In this document: piece by piece, positions 10,481-24,800 of the stretch
How positions within the stretch are numbered: position 1 is the first letter of the stretch
Layout of the letters: every line of letters begins with the position of its first letter
Assembly: GCF_964355755.1 (NCBI RefSeq)
Contig: NC_092673.1
Span: forward strand, 22,875,648-22,939,647
Reading direction: 5' to 3'
DNA length: 64,000 nucleotides
DNA from: Antedon mediterranea
Taxonomy: Eukaryota > Animalia > Echinodermata
Notes under the pieces: generated by a model
What the model was told of the DNA's origin: nothing
Database searches by the model: none
What the model saw: the letters and a program-made list of their open reading frames with translations, nothing else
Position numbers and translations under genes: made by a program

Positions 10481-11689
10481 CTGATGAATATAGGTAAATA
10501 AATAAAAACAACAAATGATTGTCGTTTGCATACCCTGTGTAGTGCATCTGCAAAAATATGCGCATCCATATGAGGAGGTACAAATTATTTTATATATAAT
10601 ATAAGTTATAATTCCTGCATTAATATTGTCCCGATTCATTTTGGTTTTTATATTTTTTTTTATTGGCAATTATCATTTTATCATTAAAACAATGTGTTAA
10701 TATTAGGCTAGTGTGCATTAATACACAGTATCTCGCAACTATCGACAGGCCACTCACTAAATATTCCGGGTGTTCTAGACTTACTATTAGACTAGACAAT
10801 TATACTATTTCAACCATTTTTATACACGAAGTATTCTTTGAAATATATGAAGTTCAACAATGAAAGCAATACTGGATATGTGGAACTTTATTGTGTTACA
10901 GACTTTACAAAAATAAAAAAACGCTAAAGAAAATTTATGCTGTGTGAATAATAATAATCTAGGGTGCGCATCAGAAAGTGTAGTCTGGGTTCCAGATGGA
11001 GTTTTGACTTAATATTTTGGCGTTTCATACGTATAATATTTGAGCTTGATCCGTCTGGCCAAATACGTACAAGTCACATGTTTTGACACAGAATCGTCAT
11101 GGAAAGACAGGAAAATAAAAGAATCAATAAAAATAAGAAAACATGGTAACACTATGAACAGAGACGACGGCGGTTTGGAACTCCCAAAATTGTACAACAA
11201 CTAAAGAGGAGGCCCCGACAATCCCATTTGGGAAAACCTGAACGATCTACAGATGGCGCTATACCATATACGAGATCTAATGGTAACAAGTCCAAGTCAC
11301 AGAGACTCACTCATGATTAAGCTGCGTCGTTGACCAGCGAAAGCTAGAGTAAAAAACGTAAGTTTACGAATTTTATTCGACTTTGGATCATCCAAAAGAA
11401 AATTTACTATTTAATATATTTTGTTTAGCACAAAGTACCTGTAGGTAAATTTATGGCCCTTGGGAATAAACCTAAAACCTTTAGTATTGCAATACTTGGA
11501 CAATACTGTAAATAACCATTTTTGGTCGCCATTTGAATCGCACATTTTTTATTGTGAGTGTGGGTACTGTTAGATATATAAACATACAGTATGTACAAAT
11601 AAACGTATTATTGTGAGTGTGGCTAGGCGCGTCCTACTGTTAGATATATAAACACGTCAATATACAAATAAACTTTAGTTGCTTCTCAC

Positions 11690-12160
11690 AACGTTTGTAT
11701 TAATTAATAATTACAAAAAATATAAATGTTGTAGTGGTGTATCGACTATGGCAGTGACAGTTTTAGCAAAGTATTAAATCACAAATGTGTTACTGTATTT
11801 AGTGGTATAGGCCTATATAACATGAAAACAATATTTTGTTACTGAGTGGATAAAGAATAATATTTTAAAATAGTTCCTCTTTGTACCTATCCTCTTCCTC
11901 ATCCCTTATCCCTTAACCCAAATGTTACATACAAAACACAAATTGGGTTTGTTTAAATGAAAAAAATAAAAAATTTGGAATAATTTTTTGACAATTTTCT
12001 CTTTCAGAGGCCTAATTCTCAGGGTGCTCAGTTTAGCTGACTACATAAATCATCGTGTCTATTTATTCGTTTCTCTAAACGACAATGTGTCATAGTCCTG
12101 CGGTACGTACATTTGAAATCGCCAATTTTTTTACGCTGATATTACTATGTATTCGAGAAT
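11690..12160 (+). mobile_element. Inverted, degenerate fragment of the Helitron at 14533-15832
   Basis: Reverse-complement similarity to 13135-13630 and 14588-15030 (e.g. catttgaaatcgcca, gtgtctatttattcgt, atcctcttcc). Confidence 0.7.
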
Positions 12161-12559
12161 ATAATAAATAAGTATATAAGAATAAAGTTAACAATAATCT
12201 TATGACGTCATAACCGTTATTTTAGTACTTTTTTTTAAATAATCATATTTTAAAAGTAGAAGTTTTTGCCTAAAAACCTGTTGCAGTTTTTAGGCATATG
12301 GGTTCTCGTACCAATGCATTTTACCACTCTGTTTTTATTTCCTTTCCGAGGTTGTGGGATACCCTCCCGATTGAAGTGACTGATTTGTGCCTTTTTGGTT
12401 CCTCTAAGTTTTTCCCTGCCTTATTTAATGTCTTTTGCTGTTAACTTGTTGTTTTTGACTGCACCAGAAGGAGAGTACTCGCATAGTGACTTGTCACTTT
12501 TCTACAATCCGCCAGACTGGTGTTAGTTTTCTTGTGTTTGTATTTTTTTTATTGTATTA

Positions 12560-12826
12560 TATGTTTTATATGTCTTCTGGAAAATAAATGAATTGAATTG
12601 AATTGAGGAGGCAAAGGCTCATAAATAACTTCACAGCAGTCAAATTGGATAGAAGAAATTGTGTGGATGAAGGATCTATGCTGGAAATTGACCTTTGTTT
12701 GTATTTTTTCACCTTTTTAGCATATTCATCTAAATATAGATATCGAATCGCGAGTTGAGTCTGACCACCTTCCAATTACATTCACTTTTCGTACTAAGTG
12801 GGTAGACTTGCCCAAAATGCCTTAAT
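12560..12826 (+). pseudogene. LINE APE-endonuclease remnant
   Basis: Plus-strand frame DIESRVESDHLPITFTF contains the SDH catalytic motif of APE endonucleases. Otherwise degenerate. Confidence 0.55.
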
Positions 12827-12871
12827 GCAAAGAAAAGAGAATATAGAGCCAGTCAAAAAAGGGATTTATTG

Positions 12872-14015
12872 AATCAGGATCTTTTTTTTTTCTATCTATT
12901 CTTATTTCTTTCCACGAATTTTGTCTGCAGCGTATCTCTAATACTTGTCAACATAAGATTATATAACTTTGTCAGAAGATTGACCTCTAACTGTAGATGT
13001 GCAGGAAACTTCGTTATTTGACATTAGAGTCGCGCAACATAAGTTACACGCAATTTTATGAAATTTTATGGTTGATCATAAATTATGAACAAAAAATTAT
13101 TTTGCAATGAAACCCTGTCGTGCCCACAGATGGTTCTCGAATACATATAATAGTGATTTCAGCGTTAAAAAACTGGCGACTTCAAATGTACATGCAGGAC
13201 TCGACAATAATACATGTCGTTTACAGGAACGAATAAATAGACACGGTGATTTATGTACTCAACTAAAATTAGCACCCTGGGAATTACTTCCGAAAGAAAA
13301 GCTTGTCACAAAATAAGACCAATTGTTTTGTAACAAACTGAATTTGTATTTTGTAACATTATGGTTGATGGATGGGGAAGAGGATGGATGCAAAGATGAA
13401 CAATTTTTTAATGTATTCTTTATCCATTTAGTAACGAAATATTAATTGTTTTCATGTTTTACAAATAATATACACTATAAACACGGTAAAACATTGCGAT
13501 TTAATACTTTGTTGAAACTGTCACCGTCATAGTCGATTGAAATAGTACAGTACATGTAACGATACATCACTAATACGTAACAACGTTTATATTTTTTTGT
13601 AATTACATTATTAATTAATACAAACGTTCAGAAGGAACTGTCAGCTATTAAAAACAATTATCGGAGGAGGAGATAGGAAAATGCGAAGCATCCTCGTATT
13701 ATTGTGTGCAGGTATTTTTTAAGAGGACATTCATTAGACAGTGTATACTACGGTCAGAAAACACCCCTATTTGGGGCAAATCGTTCAACCTAAATTCGTT
13801 TTAATTGTCAATGACTAATTATCTAACTGAATTTAATTAGTAAACAGGGTTACATCTGGTGGTTAAAATCAGTACCAACTTTATATACCATCGAGTAAAC
13901 ATTCTAGAAATAACGCGCGATTTATCGAATTTTGCCCTTACGTAAATTTATATATAGATACTGTTACCGCAATGATATAACCCAAACTCTGTCAAAGTGA
14001 CGAGTTCAAATCTAG
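12872..14015 (+). mobile_element. HINE type A, opposite orientation, 5' hairpin lost
   Basis: Starts caggatctttttttt... (reverse complement of the 3090-3110 end). Ends ...ataacccaaactctgtcaaagtgacgagttcaaatCTAG. Confidence 0.7.
13117..13958 (-). mobile_element. 3'-truncated copy of the canonical Helitron at 14533-15832
   Basis: Same 5' end (minus strand TCTATATATAAATTTACG) and colinear body. The terminal hairpin and CTAG are missing. Confidence 0.75.
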
Positions 14016-16038
14016 TCTTCTTTCTGTCATTTTTTTGTGGCTCGCGTATCTCTAAAATGTGTTAACATAACATTTCATAGCTTTGTCAACATATGGACAT
14101 TTAAATGCAGTTGTGCAGCATTTATTTTTTCCATACTGTCTAAAAATTTAAATAACGTCACTTATTTTCATCTTTACAGTATATTTCAATCTGTTATAGC
14201 TCGTCAGAATAAAAAGTGATAATCATTATTAAAATGTTTTCTGGCAGCTATTGGATTGTAGATACGAATTCATATGAACATTTTGAAAATCAGATGTTGT
14301 GACGTCATCATATGGCCAGTTGAATAAAAAAGGGGTATTTTCATCTTTTGCGTCATAGTTCATCAAATTTAAAAGAGCGCACATTTATATTTTACGTATT
14401 CAAATTTCATCTACACGTTAATATGTTGTTGCTGAGATAATTTCCTTTTGAAATTGCTATCTTCGTGTTTCATTTTGATACTGTCACCATGTTAAAAATT
14501 TGAATAAATGGCGGGTCTCGTAATTTCACCTACTAGATGGTACGCTCGCTTCGCTCGCGTACCATCTTGGTCGTGCCCACAGATTGTTCTCGAATACATA
14601 ATAATTTCAGCGTTAAAAAACTGGCGATTTCAAATGTACGTACCGCAGGGCAAATACATGTCGTTTAGAGGAACGAATAAATAGACAATGTGATTTATGT
14701 ACTCAACTAAAATTAGCACCCTGGGAATTACTTCCGAAAGAGAAACTTGTCACAAAATGAGACCAATTGTTTAAGTCAAATTTAAACAAACTTAATTTGT
14801 GTTTTTTATGTAACATTAGGGTTGAGGGATGGGGAAGAGGATGGGTGCAAAGAGGAACAACAATTTTTAAATATATTCTTTATCTATTTAGTAACGAAAT
14901 ATTAATTGTTTTCATGTTTTACAAATACCACTGAACACAGTAAAACATTGCGATGTAATACTTTGTTGAAACTATCACCGTCCAAGTCGATTGAAATAGT
15001 ACAGTACATGTAACGATACATCACTACGACGTGTATATGTTTATATAATGTAAAACAATTTGTGAAAACCACCTCTATTCGGGGAAAATCATAAATTCGA
15101 TTTAATCGTCAATAAATATTAAATTATCTAACTCAACTTAATAAGTAGGCCTAATGGTTTTCAATTGTTTCTTAGAGCCAATTCATACTTAAGTTGGTTC
15201 CTACCCTACCCACCAAAGTTGTTCTGCGTTTAGGGCATGTGATGTACCGTAGGCCTATCCTCTACTGGTTTTACAACGCTACTCATGCCAGTGAGAGAAG
15301 GGTGATGACGTGGGTGGTTTAATTGCAATAATAAAGATTTGTACATAATATACGGCGAGTGAAAACTCTAGCTCATTATCCGTTTAAAATCAATACATTT
15401 GTATAAACGTATATTAAATCTATCAAAATAGTATTTTTTAAAGAAAATCGGCCTGTCTTCAACATTATGATGCTGTACTCGAGCTGTTCAACCGGTTTTC
15501 AGCCATTAAAAACAATTATCGTAGGAGGAGATAGGAAAATGCGAAGCATTCTCGTATTATTGTCTGCGGGTATTTTTCAAGACGGACATCCATTAGACAG
15601 TGTATACCACGATAAAAAAACACCCCTATTTGGGGCAAATCGTTGAACCTAAATTCGTTTTAATCGTCAATAACTAATTATTGAACTCAATTTAATTAGT
15701 AAACAGGGTTACATCAAGTGGTTAAAATCAGTACCGAAAGTACGAACCAATTCTTTATATACCATCGAGTAAACATTCTAGAAATAACGCGCGATTTACC
15801 AAATTTTGCCCTTACGTAAATTTATATATAGATTCTACACTGTATGTAATATGTACACAGATTACACTGTGTATGACACAAAATAGACAGAATTCAGCAC
15901 TATAACAACATATCACATTCTTCAGTTCAGGTCATAATGGCATAATCTTTTTCTGTGTGCAATATTCCAACATATGACGTACACGCGGCGTCTGTTGTGC
16001 GGATAACTAACTCGTCAAATTGACGAGTTCGTGTCTAG
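14016..16038 (+). mobile_element. HINE type B, opposite orientation, interrupted by a Helitron
   Basis: Body is the reverse complement of the 25937-27548 type. Ends gcggataactaactcgtcaaattgacgagttcgtgtCTAG. Confidence 0.8.
14533..15832 (-). mobile_element. Canonical non-autonomous Helitron
   Basis: Minus strand: A|TCtatatata...AGATGGTACGC-gagcgaagcga-GCGTACCATCTAG|T. It has 5' TC, a 3' hairpin with CTAG, an A/T target and no TSD. Removing it restores the HINE-B sequence gtaatttcacct.ttctacactg. Confidence 0.85.
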
Positions 16039-16039
16039 T

Positions 16040-16900
16040 TATTTATTTCTCTCTTTACAAATTTGTGTAACAATTATCTCAAAAGTTTAATGTCAATGAT
16101 TACCAAAATTTCACAATATCATTCAAATAATTTTATAAGATTTTCAGGGTGACCACTCATCCGTGACATCATTTATAGGCCATTTTATGAAATCACATTA
16201 TCAATCATATCTCTATAACTAGTCATAAAATATCAATAAAAACGCATGTGTACACAGGGTCATGCATATGAAATCACACGTTAAAAATGTTAAAACCTCA
16301 AAATTAATTTTGATCAATTAAGAGCATGAATTAGGCCATATTTGCGTGTTTAAGAAAATTACTGTGCAAAAACAAAAGCTCGCGCATTACTTAGAAAGCG
16401 TATACATTACAATTTTGTTACAAATCACATTCTACTCACTATTCTTAATACATTTCCAAAATTTGAGTCTATTCCGACTTAGGTAACGCTATAGGAGCAG
16501 GTTAAAAATGCTCACATTAATTGCACAAAAGTGCTGAAAATGGTTAAAAATAAGGCATTTTTAAAATCAAAATTATTCTTCAGAATGCACGATGACCTCC
16601 AATTTGTTTAACTTATTCTGGAAGCCATTGAGTTGTAGATATTAATTCATGTACACATTTGACGTACAAAATGTTGTGACGTCATCAAATGCCCATTTGA
16701 ATTTAAAAATTAGGAGTCTTATATCTTTTTTTGTAGGTTATAACCCGATTTTTCCTCAAATTTAAGTATGTGCTTGTTTAATTATCTTTCTCATGAGTTG
16801 CCAGCATTTAATTTTGATGACGTTATCACGCGTAAAAAATAACGTAGGTCATGTAATTTCACCTTCAGCGTATATTTAAAAATCTCACAGCTTTTCAGAA
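16040..16900 (+). mobile_element. Older diverged HINE-related body
   Basis: Shares degenerate modules (gttgtagatat, tgtgacgtcatc, gtaatttcacct) with the reverse-oriented HINEs. A further piece lies at 17652-17975. Confidence 0.5.
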
Positions 16901-16929
16901 TTAGACCTTAATTGCTTTTTATAACTCAT

Positions 16930-17651
16930 TATCAGGGTTGCAACATCTAATTAAAATTTCTGAATGCTTTGCGGCCAAAAATGATATTGTTTACAATGCT
17001 AAGAAATCATCTTGTATGATAATCTGTCCTAAGTCACGGAGGATTCAATTGAAACCTATTATTACCATTAATGGCAAAAGCTTAGAATATGTGGACTCAA
17101 CCACATATCTTGGTCATGTTATATCCTTGGATTTATGTGATGAGTTTGATATAAAGCGGCAATACAGATCTTTGTGTATCCGAGCCAACTCCTTGGTCAG
17201 AAAATTTAGTATGTGTTCTATCAATGTGAAATGTGTTTTATTTAGAACATATTGTGTAAATATGTATTGTGCTACATTATGGTGCAACTAAATCAAGGTA
17301 CCTTGCGATCTCTCCAGGTATGCTACAATAATGGTTTAAGAATGTTGTTGCAAAGGCCTCGACATTGCAGTGCCAGCCTCATGTTTACGGAATGTAGAAT
17401 TCCCTCTTTTTATGAATTGTTAAGAATATCAATATATGGCCTGATGTGTAGACTTAATGCAAGCAAAAATATTTTAATCTCAACGATTATAAGCAATGTC
17501 TTAGTTAAGTCGAAGATGCTCTCCAGATGGAATGCCATCCTGAGATGAGTAGTAGTAATTTTGTTTATTTTATTTATTTCATTTATATGTAATTTACTTT
17601 CTATGGACCAGAGTTTCCGAAATAAAAGATTGATTGATTGATTGATTGATT
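16930..17651 (+). mobile_element. 5'-truncated LINE (ORF2 C-terminal part, disrupted) with (ATTG)n tail
   Basis: YNAKKSSCM...YLGHVI...RANSLVRKFSMCSINVKCVLFRTYC, a disruption at about 17290, and AATAAAAG followed by attgattgattg... Confidence 0.8.
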
Positions 17652-17977
17652 ATGAAAGCTGCTGAAATATAGATATGAAATCATATTCAAATTGTGCCTA
17701 TAGGATGATGTGACATTGTCATATGGCCAGTTGAAGTTAAAAAGTAGTTTTTTCATTTCTTTCGTCAAAGTTATACAAATTTCTAAGAACGTGCACCGCG
17801 CTTATAAATGCCAATTTTTTTTCCCAAATCTTATATTTTGTGCTCAATTAATTATCTTCCGAAATTGTCATCTTCAAGTTTATTTTGATGTCATACCAAA
17901 AAATTTGAACATGGTGTGGGTCCCGTAAGTTAACCTATGTTACACTGTACAGTATAGAGTATATGCTATGACACTAC

Positions 17978-18890
17978 ATGCAGATAATTGCACGAGTAAA
18001 TTCATCATTCGGGATCATGGAGTGGTTTAAATGTACAGCTGGGGTCCAACAGGGACTACTGTCATCTTTTCTTTTTAAATTATTTATAATATTAAATAGC
18101 GTTGATGATGTACAAAAAATACATCTTGGAGAGTGTTGTTTCAGTCATCTCTTTATTTGCATATAATCTTGCTCTTGTAAGCGATACAGTATTTGGTTTA
18201 CAAAAGAAACTAAACATGTTGTCTGTTTATTGCCACATGTTGAGTTTAAAGGTGAATATTGATAAGACTAAGATTATTGTTTTTAAACGTGGAGGTTGTC
18301 TCAAAAAGACTGAAAAATGGTGTTTTGAGGGGACTCAAATTAATGTCAGTATGTTTAAATACCTGGGCAGTATGTTGAGTTGAAGTGGTAACTGGAAAGC
18401 CCAACAACATACAGCTTCTCAAGCCAATATAAGGCGATGTTTGGACTTCGGAAAAGCCTACAAAGATTTTGTTATCTTCCCATTGATATTCTTTGAAAGA
18501 TATTTGATTCGAAAATTCTCCCTATTTTATTATACGGATGCGAGCTATTGGGGTTTAAAGATAATATTCTAATAGAAAAAATTCATTTAAAATTCTGTCG
18601 CTATGCCATGCCAATTCCAAAGACAGCTCCAAACCCTGCAAGGGGTGAACATAGAAGAAACACTTTCTTGCCAACTAGATCTATTATTAGTATTAAGTAT
18701 TGGCTGTATATTTTATCGTTGTGTCCAAGTAGATATTTACAGCAGTGCTAATTTTCAATATAACAAGGCACAAGGACAAACGTGCTGGGAGTTACAAATA
18801 AAATGTGTTCTTTATGCATGGTTTCGTATGCATGTCGTATGCATTTTATTTCAACTTCAACTTACAAAACTGACGAGATTCATTTAATAA
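17978..18890 (+). pseudogene. Degenerate LINE reverse transcriptase (left part)
   Basis: Frameshifted RT motifs: EWFKCTAGVQQGLLSSFLF, LFAY(D)NLALVS, LKVNIDKTKIIVF, FKYLG. Confidence 0.8.
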
Positions 18891-21800
18891 CTAGATTTGA
18901 ACTCGTCACTACGTACGAGTTAGGTTATCCGCAGCCCAAAGGCCACGTGCACGTCATACGTTGGAATATTGCGCGCAGAAAAACGATTATGCTATTGAAA
19001 ACAATGTTAGTGCGCTCTCTATTTTGCGTCACGTCAAAGTATATACAGTATACACTATATACTGTATACGTAGTACATACAGTTCAGAATAGGTGAAAAT
19101 AAGTGACCAAAGTTATTGACGCTTTTGGACATGATGACGTCATCACAATTTTAAAAACGGTAAATCATGCGAAAGATAATTGATTGACCTAGACAAAATA
19201 AAAAAATTGAGGGAAATGGAATACGGATAAGTAGAGATGCGCTCTATTAAATTTGACGAGCTATGATGAAAGAGAAAAAAATCCTATATTTTGTATTCGG
19301 GTGGCCATACGATGACGTCACAATGTCCGGTTAGCCATATCAATGCATGATTCGAGAAATAAAACTATCTACTTCCAGAATATGTAATTTAAAAAAAGTT
19401 CACCACGTAGTTTAGAATTTATGACTGTTTAAAAAAAGGTCTAATTTTGACAAATTTTTGAAGTTTTTCATCAAAAACGCGCACAAATTATCCAATTCTA
19501 CGTGCTCGTGTGACGTGATTTTAAGTCGAAATTGATTGAAAATTGATAAATTTACTAGAAAAGGCTGAAAAAACACAAATCAAGCAAAAAAAGGATGTTT
19601 TTGCGCTACGTGCGCACGCGCGCGTACAAAATTTGCGCACGCATGGGAAATTTTGAAATGCTCAAAATGACCTGAAACGCGTAGAAGTTGATTAGAAATT
19701 GATGTTACGCATTTTGAAATTTTAAACTTTCTGTTAAACATGCCATTTTTAATCCATAGAAAATTTGCGCATTATATGACTTAAATTTTCACCATGTTTC
19801 AATACAAAACGACTTTTAGTTTTTATTCTATGATCAATCATTGAAATTCATAAAATCGCGCGTAACTTACGCTGCGCAAGTCGGACGTGACCGAAAACCT
19901 TATTACGACATCTTCAGATTGAGGTCAATCTTCTGATAAAGTTATACAATGTTATGTTAAGAAGATTTAGAGATACACTAGCAACAACATTCGTGGAAAG
20001 AAAGAAGAAAATAGAAACTAGATTTGAACTCGTCACTACGGACGAGTTAGGTTATCCGCAGCGCAAACGCCACGTGCACGTCATACGTTAGAATATTGCG
20101 CGCAGAAAAACAATTATGCCATTGAAAAAATGTTAGTGCGCTCTCTATTTTGTGTCACGTCAAAGTGTATACAGTATACACTATATACGTACTACATACA
20201 GTTCAGAATAGGTGAAAATAAGTGACGAAAGTTATTGACGCTTTCGCACATGATGACGTCATAACAATTTTTTTAATGGAGAATCATGCGAAAGATAATT
20301 GATTGACCTAGACAATATAAAGAAATGGAGGGCAATGGAATACGGATAAGTGGAGATGCGCTCTATTAAATGTGATGAGCTATGACGAAAGAGAAAAAAA
20401 TCCTATATTTTTTATTTGAGTGGCCATACGATGACGTCACAATGTCCGGTTAGCTATATTGATGCATGATTCGATATCTACAACTCATCTAATTCCAGAA
20501 TGTGTAATTTAAAAAAAGTTCACCTCGTAGTTTAGAATCTATGACTTTTTAAAAAAAGGCATAATTTTCACAAATTTTTGAACTTTTTCATCAAAAACGC
20601 ACGCAAATTGTTCAATTCTACGTGCTCGTATGACGTGATTTTAAGTCGAAATTGATTGAAAATTGGTAAATTTACTAGAAAAGGCTGGAAAAACAAAAAT
20701 CAAGGAAAAAATTGATGTTTTTGCGCTACGTGCGCACGCGCGCGTAAGAAAAGTGCGCACGCGTGGGAATTTTTGATATGCTCAAAATGACATGAAACGC
20801 ATAGAAAGTTGATTAGAAATTGATTTTTCGCATTTTGAAATTTTAAACGCGCGTGCGCGCGTAACTTTTTGTAAAACTTGCCATTTTCTCTCCATAGAAA
20901 GTTAGCGCATGATATAAATTAAACTTTTGCCAAGTTTCAATTTAAATGGTTTAATAGTTTTCGATCTAAATTAAATACGCGAAATTCATAAAATCGCGCG
21001 TAACTTACGCTGCGCAACTCGGACGGTACCGAAAACCTTATTACGACATATTCAGATAGAGATCAATCTTCTGATAAAGTTACAAAATGTCATGTTGAGA
21101 AGATTTAGAGATATACGCGCAACAAAATTCTGGGAAAGAAAGAAGAACTAGACATGAAACTCGTCACTTTGACGAGTTAGTTATCCGCTCGACAAACGCC
21201 AAGTGCACGTCATACGTTAGAATATTGCACACAGAAAAATATTAAGGCATTAAGACCTGAACTGAAGAATATGATATGTTGTTATTTCTGAATTCTGTTA
21301 TTTTGTGTCATATAGTATACACAGTACAATCTGTATACATATCACAAACAGTGTAAAATAGGTGAAATTACGGGACCCGTATTTTATTGTAATTTTTAAC
21401 ATCTTGACGGTTTCAAAATGAAATGCAAAAGTAGAAATTTCTGAATGAAATTATCTCAGCAACAACATATTAACGTGTAGAAGAAATTTGAATACGTGAA
21501 ATATTGATGCGCGCTCTTTTAAATGTAATGAAATATAATGCAAAAGAAGAAAATACGACTTTTTTTATTTAACTGGCCATATGATGACGTCACAACATTC
21601 GATTGGCACAATTTACACATGATTTTGTATCTACAATACAATAGCTTCCTGAAAACGTTTTAATCGTGATTATCACATTTTTTTCTTACGAGGTATAACA
21701 GATTAAAATTTACTGTAAAGATGAAATTAATGACCAACGTAATTTAAATGTTTAGGCATGATGACGTTAAAAAAATTAAAAAATTTTTAATTAATGCAAA

Positions 21801-24800
21801 AGATAGTTGATTGACATAGAATATATTAAAATCGGGGTGAAAATGGACAACGAATAAGTGGAGATGCGCTCTATTAAATGTGATGAGCTATGACGAAAGA
21901 GACAAAAATCCTATATTTTATATTTGCGTGGCCATACGATGACGTCACAATGTCCGGTTAGCCATATTAATGTATGATCCGATATCTACAACTCATCAAC
22001 TTCCAGAATATGTAATTAAAAAAAAGTTGTCCATGTAGTTTAGAATCTATGAATGTTTTAAAATAGGCATAATTTTGACGAATTTTTGAACTTTTTCACC
22101 AAAAACGCGTGCAAATTATCTAATTCGACGTGCTCGTATGACGTAATTTTAAGTCGAAATTGTTAAAAATTTGGTAACATTACTAGAAAAGGCTGAAAAA
22201 ACATAAATCACGTGAAAAAAATATGTTTTTAACGCTACGTGGGCACCGCGTGCGTAAAAATTTTCGCGCGCGTGGGAATTTTTGACATGCTCAAAATGAC
22301 ATGAAACGCATAGAAAGTTTATTAGAAGATGATTTTTCGCTTTCTAAAATTTTAAACGCGCGTGCGCGCGTAACTTTTTGTAAAACATGCTATTTTTAAT
22401 CCATAGAAAGTTTGCGCTTGATATGACTTAAATTTTCACAAAGTGTCAAAACAAAATTATGTTTGGTTTTCAGTCTATGATCAATCATTGAAATTCATAA
22501 AATCGCGCGTAAGTCATGTTGCGCAACTCTGACGTCATTCAAAAATAGGAGGTGCACAAGTTCACGTAAATTTCGATATGTTGACAAAGTTACGATGTGT
22601 TCTGTTTACACGTTTTAGAGAAACGCGACGCACAAAAATGACAGAAGGAAAGAAGCATAATACAGAAAAGAAAAAAAAATATGATGAAACAGGACGATTA
22701 CAAGGAGTTATCCGCTACTAAGCGGATAACTAACTAGACATGAAACTCGTCAGTTTGACGAGTTAGTTATCCGCTCGACAAACGCCACGTGCACGTCTTA
22801 CGTTGGAATGTTGTACACAGAAAAAGATTATGGCATTATGACCTGAACTGAAGAATATGATATGTTGTTAGTGCTAAATTCTGTCTATTTTGTGTCATAT
22901 AGTATATACATTTTAAAGTACACAGTATAACACCTAATTTAAATTTTTAGGCATGATGATGTCATAAAAATTAAATATTTTTAACACATGCATAAGATAG
23001 TTGATTGACCTAGACAATATTAAAATCTCAGAGAAAAAGGAATACAGATAACGGTGATGCGCTCCATTTAATGTGAGGAGCAATAATGAAAGAGACAAAA
23101 ATCATATATTTTACATTCGTGTGACCATACGATGACGTCACAATGTCCGGTTAACCATATTGATTAATGATCCGATATCTACAACTCATCACCTTCCAGA
23201 ACATGTAAGTAAAAAAAAGTTTACCTCGTAGTTTAGAATCTATGATTGTTTAAAAAAAGGCATAATTTTGACAAATTTTTGAATTTTTTCATTAAAAACA
23301 CGCACAAATTGTACAATTCGACGTGCTCGTATGACGTAATTTTAAGTCTAAATTGTTTTAAAAGTTGATAAAATTACTATAAAAGGCTGGAAAAACATAA
23401 TTCACGCAAAAAAGATGTTTTTAGCGCTACGTGCGGACCACGCGCGTAAGATTGTTCGCGCGCGTGGGAATTTTTGACATGCTCAAAATGTCATGATCAG
23501 CGTAGAAAGTTGATTAGAAATTAATTTTGCGCATTTTAAATTTTAAATGCGCGTTCGCGCGTAACTTCGTGTAAAACATGCCATTTTTAGTGCACAAAAA
23601 GTTAGCGCAAGATATAAATTAAACTTTTGCTAAGTTTCAATTTAAATTGTTATATGGTTTTCAATCTATGTTAAATACGCGAAATTCATAAAATCGCGTG
23701 TAAGTCACATTGCGCATTTCTGAGGTCATTCACAATAGGAGGTGCACAACTTCACTTGAATGCCCATATGTTGACAAAGTTATGAAATGTTATATTTACA
23801 CGTTTTTGAGATACGCGAGGCACAAAAATGGAGGAGAAATGCGCGTGTGCACGTAAACTTCTTGTAAAACATGCCATTTTTAATCCATAGAAAGTTTGCC
23901 CTTGATATGACTTAAATATTCACCAATTGTCAATACAAAATGAATTTTATTTTTTATCCTATGATCAATCAATGAAATTCATGAAATCGCGCGTAAGTCA
24001 CGTTGCGCAACTCTGATGTCATTAAAAAATAGGAGGTGCACAACTTCACGTAAATGTCCATATGATGACAAAGTTATGAAATGTTATGTGTACAAGTTTT
24101 TGAGATACGCGAGACACAAAAATGGAGGAGAAAGAAAGAAGAATAATACTAGACATGAAACTCGTCACTTTGACGAGTTAGTTATCCGCACGACAAACGC
24201 CACGTGCACGTCATACGTTGGAATATTGCACACCGAAAAAGATTGTCATTATGACCTGAACTGAACAATATGATGTGTTGTTAGTGCTGAATGCTGTATA
24301 TTTTCTGTCATATAGTATACACAGTATAATCTGTATACATGTCACAAACAGTGTAAAATAGGTGAAATTACGGGACCCGTATTTTATTTTAATTTTCAAA
24401 AGGAAACGCGAAGGTAGTAATTTCGGAAGAAAATTATCTCAGCAACAACATATTAACGTTTAGAAAAAAATTTGAATACGTGAAATATTAATGCGCGCTT
24501 TTTTAAATGTAATGAACTATGACGCAAAAGATGAAAATATGACTTTGTTTATTTAACTGGCCATATGATGACGTCACAACATCTGATTGGCGAAAAGTTC
24601 ACATGATTTCATATCTACAATCCCATAGCTTCCTGAAAACGTTTTAATCGTGATTATCACATTTTATTCTTACGAGCTATAACAGATTAAAATTTACTGT
24701 AAAGATGAAATTAATGACGCTGTTAATTAAAATTTTTAGGCATGGTGACTTCATAAAAATTAAAATATTTTTAACTCATGCGTAAGATAGTTGATTGACC

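Larger units (their letters stand above)
8670..10783. repeat. Segmental duplication unit paralogous to 1-3700
   Basis: Exons A/B, intron flanks and the 44-bp array align with 10-3700 once the 1597-3146 insertion is removed. Similarity ends at ...cactcactaaatattcc..gttctag.ctta (about 3700 and 10783). Confidence 0.92.

Noticed and set aside
10163-10669. 168-aa ORF as a standalone gene
   Set aside because: Only 10237-10480 is exon-like. The flanks are intron, and the upstream part is not open in the paralog.
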